The notes under the pieces are model-generated. The model did not search any database. It saw only the letters and a program-made list of their open reading frames with translations, and had not been told where the DNA came from. Shown piece after piece: positions 39,888-49,717 of a stretch of DNA of 64,000 nucleotides (positions are counted from its first letter, which is position 1; the number at the start of each line of letters is the position of its first letter). The translations under genes and the position numbers were made by a program. This DNA is from Bacteroidota bacterium (GTDB taxonomy: Bacteria; Bacteroidota; Ignavibacteria; UBA10030; UBA8401), in the NCBI GenBank assembly GCA_040751955.1, contig JBFMFY010000001.1:73405-137404 (forward strand), in the 5' to 3' direction.

Positions 39888-40359
39888 GCGATTGTTTATG
39901 CCCGTACATCGGAATTTCGATCGCCATGTCTGCTGCGTTTATCACTTCTTTTGAGACGCCGGTTATTTCATTTCCGATAACGAGACAGAGCGGAAAGTCT
40001 TGCGGCATCAGATCGTAATACGGCTTGCTGTGGCTGGTCAATTCTAAAAGACAAATTTTAATTTTTTGTTCTTTCATCTCTTCGATTGCATCCAATGGAT
40101 TTCTGAAATAGTTCCACGGAACAGTTTGTGTAGAACCCAACGCGGTCTTGTCTATCTCTTTTCGAGGTGGATACGGAGTATATCCCGTTAGGTACAATCG
40201 GTTCAGCATTGCACCATCCGAACTTCTAAATATCGACCCGACGTTGTACAGACTTCTGATATTATCAGCAAGGGCGTAAATGGGATTGCGAACGACATTG
40301 GGAAATTCTTCCAAATTCTTTCGGTTTTTTGCAATTTCATCATGAGTTAGTTTGCGCAT
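39814..40359 (-). CDS. TrmH/SpoU-family RNA 2'-O-methyltransferase
   Basis: SPOUT motifs LVIGNEITGVS and IPMYGHKQSLNVAVAYGIVLYD. 181 aa. The 3' end overlaps the convergent gene by 74 nt. Confidence 0.75.
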   Translation of the reverse strand: MRKLTHDEIAKNRKNLEEFPNVVRNPIYALADNIRSLYNVGSIFRSSDGAMLNRLYLTGYTPYPPRKEIDKTALGSTQTVPWNYFRNPLDAIEEMKEQKIKICLLELTSHSKPYYDLMPQDFPLCLVIGNEITGVSKEVINAADMAIEIPMYGHKQSLNVAVAYGIVLYDCVRILQQAKRV

Positions 40360-40433
40360 GGCTGAGAAAACTTTTTGAAAACAGACAGAAAATGAGTATA
40401 TTTAAGTCCAATTTAAGCGAAAAAAGTTGAGTT

Positions 40434-41120
40434 TTGAAGAAAATAATCATCGCCATTGACGGTCCGGCTGCATCCGGAAAGAGCACTACTGCGAAACTTG
40501 TCGCTGATCAATTGGGTTACTTACATATCGATACCGGTGCAATGTACCGCGCGATGGCGTTGAAGGTTCTGCGCAGCAAAATTTCTCCTACGGATTCTGC
40601 GTCGATTGCACGTTTAGCGGGTTCTACAACTGTTCGTCTTGTTCATAATCCGGGACAAAAGCAAAAACTCCGTGTGGAACTTGACGGGCACGAAGTGAGC
40701 GACGAGATACGGTTACCTGAAGTGACGAACATTGTGAGTCCTGTCAGTGCGATACAGGAAGTGCGAGCATTGATGGTGAAAGAGCAACGTGCAATGGGAA
40801 AAGATGGGGGGATTGTTCTTGAGGGGAGAGATATTGGTACCGTTGTTTTTCCGAATGCAGAATTGAAAATTTTTATGAAAGCCGAACCCCGCGAACGAGC
40901 ACTTCGGCGGAAAAAAGAATTTGATGCAAAAGGTGTCGCGGTAACACTCGATCAATTAGAGCAAGAGATCGTTGAACGTGACACAATCGATTCTCAGAGG
41001 GAAATAAGTCCGCTGCGCAAAGCGGACGACGCGGTTGAGGTTGATACAACAAATTTAACGATTGAACAGCAGGTTGCATTTATCGTTAATAAAGCAAAAG
41101 AGATCATTAACACGAGGTAA
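40434..41120 (+). CDS. cmk: Cytidylate kinase
   Basis: IAIDGPAASGKST P-loop and overall Cmk similarity. Apparent TTG start (no in-frame ATG downstream before the P-loop). Confidence 0.85.
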   Translation: MKKIIIAIDGPAASGKSTTAKLVADQLGYLHIDTGAMYRAMALKVLRSKISPTDSASIARLAGSTTVRLVHNPGQKQKLRVELDGHEVSDEIRLPEVTNIVSPVSAIQEVRALMVKEQRAMGKDGGIVLEGRDIGTVVFPNAELKIFMKAEPRERALRRKKEFDAKGVAVTLDQLEQEIVERDTIDSQREISPLRKADDAVEVDTTNLTIEQQVAFIVNKAKEIINTR

Positions 41121-41146
41121 CCGTCACTTTGAAGGTGACGGTTACC
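41116..41146 (+). terminator. Perfect 12-bp-stem hairpin GGTAACCGTCAC-TTTGAAG-GTGACGGTTACC overlapping the cmk stop codon; no T-tract
   Basis: Seen in sequence. Lies between cmk and ispH, 10 nt upstream of the ispH ATG. Function uncertain (weak terminator or processing/attenuation site). Confidence 0.35.
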
Positions 41147-41156
41147 TGAACTGAAC

Positions 41157-42038
41157 ATGAAAGTAACAGTCGATAATAATTCAGGTTTTTGCTGGGGCGT
41201 AGTCCGTACGGTGGATATTGCCGAGCAGGAACTTGCGGAATCAGGCAAGTTATATTCATTGGGTGAGATTATTCACAATCCTGTTGAAATCGATCGGCTG
41301 GGTGAAAAAGGATTGAAAACGATCCGCCACGACGATCTTCCGAACATTAAAGATGCAAAAGTGTTGATTCGTGCGCATGGTGAACCACCCGAGACATTCC
41401 GGAAAATGAGAGACCTTGGAATTGATGTGATTGATGCTACATGTCCTGTTGTGACGAAAGTGCAGGAGCGGATCAGGAAATTCTATGATAAGGGATATCA
41501 AATCGTTATCTTCGGCAAAAAAGACCATGCCGAAGTGATCGGGCTCGTCGGTCATACGATGGGTACTGCAATCGTTATCAAATCGCTTGATGAGTTAGAT
41601 AAACTGGATTTCACAAAAAAGACCGTCCTCTTCTCACAGACAACGATGGATAAAGCGACGTTCTATGCGATACGCGATGCAATTAAAGAACGGATCAACG
41701 CGGAATTTGAAGTCGGCACATTCGAAGAGATGGCGATTGATTTTCATGCTAAGGATACGATTTGCGGACAAGTTTCCGGTCGTGACAAAAAATTGCGTGA
41801 GTTCGCACAAAGCAACGATGTTGTCATCTTTGTCGCGGGAAGAATGAGTTCCAACGGCAAAGTGTTGTACGAAATTGCAAAATCTGAGAATCCAAGAACG
41901 TACTTCGTCGAAAATGAATCTGAATTGAACAACGACTGGTTTAACGGATGTGAGACAGTCGGTATCAGCGGCGCAACTTCAACACCGCAGTGGCTGATGG
42001 AGCGTGTGAAGAAAGCAATTGAAGCTAAGTATAATTGA
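41157..42038 (+). CDS. ispH: 4-hydroxy-3-methylbut-2-enyl diphosphate reductase
   Basis: LytB/IspH signature with conserved Cys in GFCWGV and ATCPVV. 293 aa. Confidence 0.9.
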   Translation: MKVTVDNNSGFCWGVVRTVDIAEQELAESGKLYSLGEIIHNPVEIDRLGEKGLKTIRHDDLPNIKDAKVLIRAHGEPPETFRKMRDLGIDVIDATCPVVTKVQERIRKFYDKGYQIVIFGKKDHAEVIGLVGHTMGTAIVIKSLDELDKLDFTKKTVLFSQTTMDKATFYAIRDAIKERINAEFEVGTFEEMAIDFHAKDTICGQVSGRDKKLREFAQSNDVVIFVAGRMSSNGKVLYEIAKSENPRTYFVENESELNNDWFNGCETVGISGATSTPQWLMERVKKAIEAKYN

Positions 42039-42197
42039 TTTGTAAGGTCATCAATAAAAAACTAAATCATCAACTCATATATGGTATCGTTGTGGATGTG
42101 CGTCGTTAAACCCGATGACCGTTTAACCAAACACCGATCAACGATTTGTTCCCGTCCCAAAGAAACGCTTTGAAGGCGGTGAACGTGAAAGGTTCTA

Positions 42198-43940
42198 ATG
42201 TCAAAACGTAAAGATTTACTTATCGACGAGTCGCAGTACTCCGGTGAGGAAATGAAACAATTGATGGAGATGTACGAAGGAACGCTGGGGAAAATTACCC
42301 AGGGTGAAATCGTGAAAGGGAAGATCGTCTTCATCGGACAAAACGATGTCGTGCTCGATATCGGTTTCAAATCGGAAGGAACAGTCCCTGTCAACGAATT
42401 CCCGAACATCAAGGAATTGAAGATCGGCGACGAAGTCGAGGTCTTCCTTGAAAGCATCGAAGATAAAGACGGTCAGATGGTCCTCTCCCGCAAACGCGCA
42501 GATTTCATGCGTGTATGGGAAAAAGTGACCAAATCATTTACCACCGGCGAAGTGATCAAAGGAAAGATCATGCGTCGTATCAAAGGAGGTTTGGTCGTAG
42601 ATGTGCTTGGTATCGATGCATTCCTACCCGGTTCGCAGATCGATGTTCGTCCCGTTCGTGATTTTGATGCATTACTTGGAAGAGAAATGGATTTCCGTGT
42701 CGTTAAAGTAAATCATCCCTCAGAAAATATCGTGGTCAGTCACAAAATTCTGGTTGAAGAAGAACTTGCCGATCAACGCAAAGCAATTCTTTCCGGTCTT
42801 GAAAAAGGTCAGATCCTCGAAGGTACCGTGAAAGCGATCTCCGATTTCGGTGTCTTCATCGATCTTGGCGGCGTGGATGGACTTGTGCACATCACTGATC
42901 TGTCGTGGGGACGCATCAACCATCCGTCCGAAGTTGTGAAACTTGATCAGACAGTGAATGTTGTTGTGCTCGATTTCGATCAGGAAAAGAAACGCATCTC
43001 GCTTGGCATGAAACAGTTGCAGCCGCATCCATGGGAAAAGATCGACGAGAAGTATCCTGTCGGCACAAAAGTCAGTGGAAAGGTTGTATCGCTTACTGAC
43101 TACGGCGCATTCATTGAAATTGAAAAAGGAATCGAAGGACTCATTCACATTTCCGAGATGAGCTGGACGCAGCATATCAAGCATCCATCGCAAATGGTAT
43201 CGATGGGACAAGTGATTGAAGCCGTGATCTTGTCGCTCGATGTTCAGGGAAAGAAAATTTCTCTAGGTATGAAGCAATTGGAACCGGATCCGTGGAATAC
43301 CATTCTCGCAAAATATCCGATCGGATCGAAACACAAAGGCGCCGTTCGCAATCTCACCAACTTTGGAGTGTTTGTTGAACTTGAGCAGGGGATCGACGGT
43401 CTCATTCACATCTCCGATTTGTCGTGGACAAAGAAGATCCGCCACCCCGGGGAAGTAGTGAAGAAAGGGGAATCGATCGATGTAATTATACTCGGCATCG
43501 ATGTCGAACAGCGTCGTATCTCCCTCGGTCACAAACAGTTAAATGATAATCCGTGGGATGCATTTGCAAATGCGTACAAGGTCGGCACCGAGATTGAAGG
43601 GAAAGTGGTTCGCATCATCGAAAAAGGTGTGATCGTTGAACTGCCGCTTGGTGTAGATGGTTTTGTGCCGCTCTCTCAATTGTCGCAGACTCCGATCAAG
43701 AATCTTGCCGAAGCATTTCAGGTCGGCGATTCACTGCCGATGACAGTCATCGAATTCGACGGCGAGAGCAAGAAGATCGTGCTTTCCGTGGTGGAATATC
43801 TCCGCGGCAAGGAACAGAAGATCATCGATGAGTACGTTGCGAAACACAAACTTCCTCCGATTACACTGAAAGATGCACTTCCGATTGAATTGACTCCTGA
43901 AGAGAAAAAAGCGATTGAAGAAGAAGCATCGATGAAGTAA
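42198..43940 (+). CDS. rpsA: 30S ribosomal protein S1
   Basis: Six tandem S1 domains. 580 aa. RBS-like GAAAGG upstream. Confidence 0.9.
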   Translation: MSKRKDLLIDESQYSGEEMKQLMEMYEGTLGKITQGEIVKGKIVFIGQNDVVLDIGFKSEGTVPVNEFPNIKELKIGDEVEVFLESIEDKDGQMVLSRKRADFMRVWEKVTKSFTTGEVIKGKIMRRIKGGLVVDVLGIDAFLPGSQIDVRPVRDFDALLGREMDFRVVKVNHPSENIVVSHKILVEEELADQRKAILSGLEKGQILEGTVKAISDFGVFIDLGGVDGLVHITDLSWGRINHPSEVVKLDQTVNVVVLDFDQEKKRISLGMKQLQPHPWEKIDEKYPVGTKVSGKVVSLTDYGAFIEIEKGIEGLIHISEMSWTQHIKHPSQMVSMGQVIEAVILSLDVQGKKISLGMKQLEPDPWNTILAKYPIGSKHKGAVRNLTNFGVFVELEQGIDGLIHISDLSWTKKIRHPGEVVKKGESIDVIILGIDVEQRRISLGHKQLNDNPWDAFANAYKVGTEIEGKVVRIIEKGVIVELPLGVDGFVPLSQLSQTPIKNLAEAFQVGDSLPMTVIEFDGESKKIVLSVVEYLRGKEQKIIDEYVAKHKLPPITLKDALPIELTPEEKKAIEEEASMK

Positions 43941-43968
43941 AAGGATGATTCCTTAATATATCCTGTGG

Positions 43969-43992
43969 TAGGTCGGCGTTAACGCCGACCTG
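43969..43992 (+). terminator. Hairpin AGGTCGGCGTT-AACGCCGACCT after rpsA (weak T-tract)
   Basis: 11-bp palindromic stem 29 nt after the rpsA stop. Confidence 0.35.
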
Positions 43993-44009
43993 CCAGTTTT
44001 AAATCAACA

Positions 44010-45362
44010 ATGAAAGTATCATTCTACACACTGGGCTGTAAATTGAACTATGCCGAAACGGCGGCACTTGAACGACAGTTTAAAGACCGCGGATTCGATA
44101 TCGTTCCTTTCTCTGAACAGTCAGATGTGTGTGTGATCAATACATGCTCCGTTACGGAGCGTGCAGACCGCGAAGCACGACAGATCGTCCGCCGGGCATT
44201 GCGCTCTTCTCCCCACGCATTTGTTGCCGTAGTCGGCTGTTATGCCCAGCTTGCGCCGGAGGAAATTTCCTCTATCGACGGTGTTGATGTTGTATTAGGT
44301 GCCAGCGAAAAATTCCGGCTCTTTGATTATTCCGGGCAGTTTCAAAAACTCGATTCTCCACGCATCCATGTCTCTCCCATAGAATCCATCAGCGACTTTG
44401 GTCCGGCATTTTCCGGCGGTGTTGATGATCGGACGCGTGCGTTTCTGAAAGTGCAAGACGGCTGCGATTTCAATTGTTCATTCTGCACCATACCTCTTGC
44501 GCGGGGCGAAAGCAGAAGCCAGTCGATTGAAGCATGCGTGTCGCAAGCAGAACAACTTGTCCGGATGGGGTACAAAGAGATCATCCTTACCGGAGTGAAT
44601 GTAGGGGATTATGGAAAGAAGGATGGCACTGCTCTTTTACAGCTGCTTCAGTCATTGGAAAATGTTGACGGTGTGCAACGAATTCGCATCAGTTCCATCG
44701 AACCGAATTTATTGTATGACGAGGTGCTCGACTTCTGGCTCTCTTCGGAAAAAATTTGCAATCACTTCCATATCCCGCTTCAGAACGGCACGGACGAGAT
44801 ACTGAAAAAAATGCGCCGCCGATATACTTCATCCGAATATAAAAAACTGATATATTCCATTCGTGAGAAAGCGCCGGACGCCGGCATCGGCGTTGATGTG
44901 ATTGTCGGTTTTCCGGGGGAGACAGAAGCATTGTTTGAACAGAATTACAATTTTATCCATGAACTTCCTGTCAGCTATTTGCACGTCTTCACATATTCGG
45001 AACGTCCGAATACGCCATCGGTCAATTTCCCCGGGAGAGTGGAACCGAGGATACGATATTCTCACAGCGACCGGCTGAGGATTCTCGGACAGATGAAAAA
45101 ATCGTCGTTCTATCAATTGCAGCATGGAACAATGCACAATGTACTGATCGAGGGATCGATCGAGAACAATAAGTTATCGGGTTATACCGAAAATTATGTT
45201 CGTGTCGAAGTTCCGTATCATCCAACATTAGAAAACTCAATCGCTCTTGTTCGTGTGGGAAATTTCAACGGTGAAACATGCGAGGGAGAAATAGTCAGCG
45301 TAGAATCTGGATCAGCGCCAAGTACAATTGATATACCGCTTGTCTCATCGGTCAATCGCTAA
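44010..45362 (+). CDS. mtaB: tRNA t6A37 methylthiotransferase MtaB-like radical-SAM enzyme (MiaB family)
   Basis: N-terminal MTTase domain (FYTLGCKLNYAETAAL, VINTCSVT), radical SAM CDFNCSFC and a C-terminal TRAM-like region. 450 aa. Confidence 0.75.
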   Translation: MKVSFYTLGCKLNYAETAALERQFKDRGFDIVPFSEQSDVCVINTCSVTERADREARQIVRRALRSSPHAFVAVVGCYAQLAPEEISSIDGVDVVLGASEKFRLFDYSGQFQKLDSPRIHVSPIESISDFGPAFSGGVDDRTRAFLKVQDGCDFNCSFCTIPLARGESRSQSIEACVSQAEQLVRMGYKEIILTGVNVGDYGKKDGTALLQLLQSLENVDGVQRIRISSIEPNLLYDEVLDFWLSSEKICNHFHIPLQNGTDEILKKMRRRYTSSEYKKLIYSIREKAPDAGIGVDVIVGFPGETEALFEQNYNFIHELPVSYLHVFTYSERPNTPSVNFPGRVEPRIRYSHSDRLRILGQMKKSSFYQLQHGTMHNVLIEGSIENNKLSGYTENYVRVEVPYHPTLENSIALVRVGNFNGETCEGEIVSVESGSAPSTIDIPLVSSVNR

Positions 45363-45421
45363 AAAGGGATATCTGGGAACGCTTGTTACTACTTCATAAC
45401 ATTCACATACGGAGAGGTAGT

Positions 45422-46156
45422 ATGACCATGTCAAAAATATTTTGTGGAGTATTCATACTTGTTACAATGCTTACTGCACAAACCGATCTTTATCAGCTGC
45501 GGTCTGAATTTCAGAAACCGGTTGAACCATCTTTCATAAAATTTCAAGAAGCGGCATCATCTCAACATCGCAAATCCCCAGCCACGGCTGTTATTTATTC
45601 TTTGCTCATGCCCGGTATGGGTGAGCTGTATGCCGATGGCTTTGATCAAGGAAAATATTCATTGATTGCAGAAGGGGGATTATGGCTGACATATTTTTCA
45701 TTCCGCCAATACGGAGGATGGCTGCGGGATGATGCAAGGCGATTTGCAGCAGTCCATTCCGGTGCACAGATCGATTCAAAGAACGATCAATTCTTTGTCG
45801 ATGTCGGCAACTTTAACGACACCTACGAGTACAACGAAAAAAAACTAATCGACCGCGCTCCTGAAAAATTGTATGATGTCAACCAAGGGTATTATTGGCG
45901 GTGGGATTCGGATGCGAAACGGAGTGAATTCAGGGCAATGCGTGTTTCGAGTGAACGTGTGTTCAACAATTCAAAATTTGTTATCGGTGCAGTGATTGTC
46001 AATCATTTATTCAGCGCAATCAATGCCGCGCGGTTGACGCGTCAGTACAACAAACAATTGGAAGAAGGGCTTGGCTCGTGGTGGCTGGAATCATCATTGA
46101 TCGATGACGGGGTGAAACCTGACGGCATCAAACTGAGTTTGGTGCACAGATTTTAA
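45422..46156 (+). CDS. DUF5683-like hypothetical exported/membrane protein
   Basis: Signal peptide MTMSKIFCGVFILVTMLTAQ. SLLMPGMGELYADG motif resembles Bacteroidota DUF5683. ATG at 45422 preceded by GGAGAGG. Confidence 0.45.
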   Translation: MTMSKIFCGVFILVTMLTAQTDLYQLRSEFQKPVEPSFIKFQEAASSQHRKSPATAVIYSLLMPGMGELYADGFDQGKYSLIAEGGLWLTYFSFRQYGGWLRDDARRFAAVHSGAQIDSKNDQFFVDVGNFNDTYEYNEKKLIDRAPEKLYDVNQGYYWRWDSDAKRSEFRAMRVSSERVFNNSKFVIGAVIVNHLFSAINAARLTRQYNKQLEEGLGSWWLESSLIDDGVKPDGIKLSLVHRF

Positions 46157-46160
46157 CGCA

Positions 46161-46189
46161 GAGCCCCGAAATCAATCGGGGCTTTTTTT
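46161..46189 (+). terminator. Rho-independent terminator (GAGCCCCGA...TCGGGGCT plus T7) ending 2 nt before the truA ATG
   Basis: Hairpin plus T-tract seen in sequence. Confidence 0.6.
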
Positions 46190-46191
46190 GT

Positions 46192-46923
46192 ATGAAGCGA
46201 AATATAAAATTGACTATAGAGTACGACGGGACAGATTTTGTTGGTTGGCAGCGCCAGCCGAACGGTAGAAGTGTGCAGCAGGTATTGGAAGAAGCGATCC
46301 AGCAAGTCATTCAGGAAAAGGTTTCTCTTGTTGGCGCGGGACGAACTGATTCAGGAGTCCATGCAAGGGGACAAGCAGCAAATTTCTTTTCGCATTCCAC
46401 ATTGACAACATCAGATTTGTACAGGGCACTGAATGGTGTTGTTCCGGACGATATCATTGTCCACAGCGTGGAAGAGGTTGACGAGAAATTTTCTGCCCGT
46501 TACAGCGCCAAAGAACGGGAGTATCGCTATTATATCGCACAAAAGCCGACAGCAATTAACCGCAAGTACTCCTGGCGTTTGAACTACGATTTGGATATTT
46601 CTATCATGAATGGTGTGTCAAAGAAGATTTTAGGAACGCATGATTTTCAATCTTTCTGCAAAGCGGAGTCGAACGTCGATCATTTTATATGCAATGTTTT
46701 TCATGCTGAATGGTATCGAGAGGCATCAACATTAATTTTCGAGATCCGTGCCAATAGATTTTTACACGGGATGGTACGGGCATTGGTGGGAACAATAGTG
46801 AACGTAGGAAGAGGATATACTCCTGCAGATAATTTTGAAACGATCATACTTGCAAAGGACAGAACAAAAGCAGGACAGGCGGCTCCCCCGCACGGGCTTT
46901 TCCTGGAACGTGTGATTTATTGA
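46192..46923 (+). CDS. truA: tRNA pseudouridine(38-40) synthase
   Basis: TruA motifs GWQRQ and GAGRTDSGVHA (catalytic Asp). 243 aa. Confidence 0.9.
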   Translation: MKRNIKLTIEYDGTDFVGWQRQPNGRSVQQVLEEAIQQVIQEKVSLVGAGRTDSGVHARGQAANFFSHSTLTTSDLYRALNGVVPDDIIVHSVEEVDEKFSARYSAKEREYRYYIAQKPTAINRKYSWRLNYDLDISIMNGVSKKILGTHDFQSFCKAESNVDHFICNVFHAEWYREASTLIFEIRANRFLHGMVRALVGTIVNVGRGYTPADNFETIILAKDRTKAGQAAPPHGLFLERVIY

Positions 46924-46953
46924 ATATCAGTCTCATTTACAGTAAATTAAACT

Positions 46954-47961
46954 ATGCTGCAAGATGCAATACACAAATTGATCGACAAACAAGATCTTAC
47001 CAAGCACGAGGCATATGAATGTGTCGTTGAAATAATGTCGGGTAAGGCAACCGATGCTTTGATCGCATCCTGCCTGACTGCATTGAGGATGAAAGGCGAA
47101 ACGATTCCCGAAATAGCCGGATGTGCGCTTGCGATGCGTGAGATGGCGACAAAGATCAATACCCAACACGACAATGTCATCGATACCTGTGGTACCGGCG
47201 GCGACGGACTTGGAACATTTAATATCTCGACCGCAGCAGCCATAGTTGCTGCATCCGCCGGCGCTAAAGTTGCAAAGCATGGCAACAGAGCTATTTCCAG
47301 TAAAAGCGGCAGCGCTGATGTACTGAAAGCGCTGGGTGTAAATATTGAAGCATCGAAAGAAAAGACAGAGCGATGCCTGAATGAGATAGGGATTGCATTT
47401 CTGTTTGCGCCCTTGTTGCATGGTGCGATGAAATATGCGACGCCTGTCCGCAGAGAACTGGGGATTCGGACCGTTTTCAATATCCTTGGTCCGTTGACGA
47501 ATCCTGCTGGCGCGAAAAGACAGTTGCTTGGTGTGTACCGGACGAAATTGACCGAGATACTTGCGTACGTGCTGCAAGATCTCGGATCGGAACGGGCTCT
47601 CGTTGTTCATGGTGTGGGAGGGATGGACGAAATTTCCACCATCGGTGAGACAAAGATTACAGAGATCAAGAATGGTGAAATATCAACATATTCGATAACA
47701 CCTGAATCGTTTGGAATACAACGTTGCGAAATAGCAGAGTTAGCAGGGAGTGATGCGGCGACCAACGCAGAGATCGTTCGGTCTATCATGAATGGAAAGA
47801 AAGGTTCGTACAGGGATATTACAATTTTCAATGCAGGTGCGGCGCTGTATGTTGCCGGCATTGCGGATTCAATTCAGGATGGCGTACATCGCTCTGCAGA
47901 GGCGATTGATGCCGGGCATTCAAAAAAGAAACTGCAGGAATTGATCGAGTACACTCAATAA
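46954..47961 (+). CDS. trpD: Anthranilate phosphoribosyltransferase
   Basis: DTCGTGGDG motif and overall TrpD similarity. 335 aa. Confidence 0.9.
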   Translation: MLQDAIHKLIDKQDLTKHEAYECVVEIMSGKATDALIASCLTALRMKGETIPEIAGCALAMREMATKINTQHDNVIDTCGTGGDGLGTFNISTAAAIVAASAGAKVAKHGNRAISSKSGSADVLKALGVNIEASKEKTERCLNEIGIAFLFAPLLHGAMKYATPVRRELGIRTVFNILGPLTNPAGAKRQLLGVYRTKLTEILAYVLQDLGSERALVVHGVGGMDEISTIGETKITEIKNGEISTYSITPESFGIQRCEIAELAGSDAATNAEIVRSIMNGKKGSYRDITIFNAGAALYVAGIADSIQDGVHRSAEAIDAGHSKKKLQELIEYTQ

Positions 47962-48860
47962 TGGAATACAGAACACTCGGAAGAACCGGATTAGCTGTCT
48001 CAACGTTAGGTTTCGGCGCATTGGAAATAGGAAGGAACTGGCCCTATTGGCGGCAGGATAAAGAAGATTTTTCACGTCCAGCGGAGTCGGATGCAATCAA
48101 AGTTATTTACAGTGCATTGGATAATGGCATTAATTTTTTTGATACAGCACCCGCATACTTTCAGAGCGAAGAGATTCTCGGCAAAGCATTCAAGGGGATG
48201 AGAAAAGATGTTCTGATAGCCACTAAATGCGGTGAGTGGTTTGACGGAAAAAATTCCGTGTATGATTATTCATACAACGAGACAAAGAAATTTATTGACA
48301 ATAGTTTACGGTTGCTGCAGACAGAGTATATTGACCTTCTTCAGATCCACAGTGCAAGTGCCGATGTTATTAAGCAAGGGGAAACCCTCAGGGCGATGAA
48401 AGAAGCCCAACGAGCAGGCAAGGTACGCTATCTCGGTCTCAGCACCGATTTTGTGGATGCAGCACTGTTGGCGATCGAGTTGGGCGATTATGACTCCATT
48501 CAAGTGAGCTATAATACAATTAATCTGGAGTATGAACAGAAGGTGTTTCCGACAGCAAAAGAAAAAAATATTGGTGTCATTGTAAAAGATGGAATGGCGC
48601 GCGGAAAATTATCGCCAAAGTTCGCCGATGTTACGACGCCTGATGAGAGAAAGAACATTGAGAAGATCAAATTACTTTCCGACAAAAATAAAATGAGTTT
48701 ATCAGAGTTGGCTCTTCGATTTGTGATTTCGAATCCGATTGTCTCATCCGTAATCATCGGAACAAAAAAAATTGACCATCTGACTTTGAATATTGCTGCA
48801 GTTCGACAAGGCGGTCTGCCGCCGGAGCTTGTCCATGCAATACACGAGCTGAACGCATAA
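47961..48860 (+). CDS. Aldo/keto reductase family oxidoreductase
   Basis: AKR fold motifs (GINFFDTAPAY, LLQIHS). 299 aa. TAATG 1-nt overlap with trpD. Confidence 0.85.
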   Translation: MEYRTLGRTGLAVSTLGFGALEIGRNWPYWRQDKEDFSRPAESDAIKVIYSALDNGINFFDTAPAYFQSEEILGKAFKGMRKDVLIATKCGEWFDGKNSVYDYSYNETKKFIDNSLRLLQTEYIDLLQIHSASADVIKQGETLRAMKEAQRAGKVRYLGLSTDFVDAALLAIELGDYDSIQVSYNTINLEYEQKVFPTAKEKNIGVIVKDGMARGKLSPKFADVTTPDERKNIEKIKLLSDKNKMSLSELALRFVISNPIVSSVIIGTKKIDHLTLNIAAVRQGGLPPELVHAIHELNA

Positions 48861-49717
48861 TGTCTGAACAAAAACAGAACATATCGTTCTTACAATTGTT
48901 GAGCGGAATATTCTCGAAGCGACCAAAAGCAAAATCAGTCTCTGAAGAAGAGGTAAAACAATTCCTCGAAGAAGGAGAGCGGAGCGGCGCGATTGACAAG
49001 ACTGAACACGAGCTGATTAAATCGATCTTCGAATTCACCGACACCACGGTGAAGGAGATCATGGTACCCCGCACCGATGTCTTTGCCGTGGACATAACAA
49101 CGCCGCGCGACCAACTGATCCATATTTTAATCGATCAAGGATATACGCGTGTGCCGGCGTACCGGGACTCGATCGATAATATCATCGGCATCATTTATAC
49201 AAAAGATCTTCTCGGTGTTCTTGAGCATCGCGACCTTATCATCCTTCAGGATATTATCCGTCCTGCGTACATGGTTCCTGAATCAAAAAAAATCAGCGTC
49301 CTGCTCCGCGAACTGCAAAAGAAGCGCCAGCACATGGCAATTGTGATTGACGAATTCGGAGGAACGGAAGGAATCATCACCGTTGAAGATATCGTCGAAG
49401 AGATCGTGGGAGAGATCCGGGATGAATATGATGAAGAGCATTCCGATGTTGTTACCGCGAGTGACGGTTCCGTTCAGGTGAGCGGCGGCATTACGATCCA
49501 TGATTTCAATGAGAAATTCAAAGCGGAAATTCCGGAAGATAGCGATTATGACACAATCAGCGGATTTTTGCACAAACAAACGGGAAGGATACCCGAACTT
49601 CAGGAAGAAATTAAATACAAGAATATTTCATTTACCGTAACAAAGAAAAATGAACGGCGAATTCGACTCGTGAAGATCCGGGTCGCTCCCGTAGAAATTT
49701 TATCTCCTAATGAATAA
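48860..49717 (+). CDS. CBS-pair plus CorC/HlyC-domain protein (soluble CorC/YbeX-like, Mg/Co homeostasis factor)
   Basis: Two CBS motifs followed by the transporter-associated CorC_HlyC C-terminal domain. No TM segments. 285 aa. Confidence 0.7.
   Translation: MSEQKQNISFLQLLSGIFSKRPKAKSVSEEEVKQFLEEGERSGAIDKTEHELIKSIFEFTDTTVKEIMVPRTDVFAVDITTPRDQLIHILIDQGYTRVPAYRDSIDNIIGIIYTKDLLGVLEHRDLIILQDIIRPAYMVPESKKISVLLRELQKKRQHMAIVIDEFGGTEGIITVEDIVEEIVGEIRDEYDEEHSDVVTASDGSVQVSGGITIHDFNEKFKAEIPEDSDYDTISGFLHKQTGRIPELQEEIKYKNISFTVTKKNERRIRLVKIRVAPVEILSPNE

Noticed and set aside
41116-41146. Hairpin between cmk and ispH as a T-box or attenuator riboswitch
   Set aside because: Only a simple perfect stem-loop. 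No specifier loop, T-box sequence or alternative antiterminator was seen, so it is reported only as a hairpin of uncertain role.
46933-47861. Minus-strand ORFs of 225, 177 and 84 aa overlapping trpD
   Set aside because: trpD on the plus strand has unambiguous motifs. The antisense ORFs are Cys/Arg-rich shadow frames.
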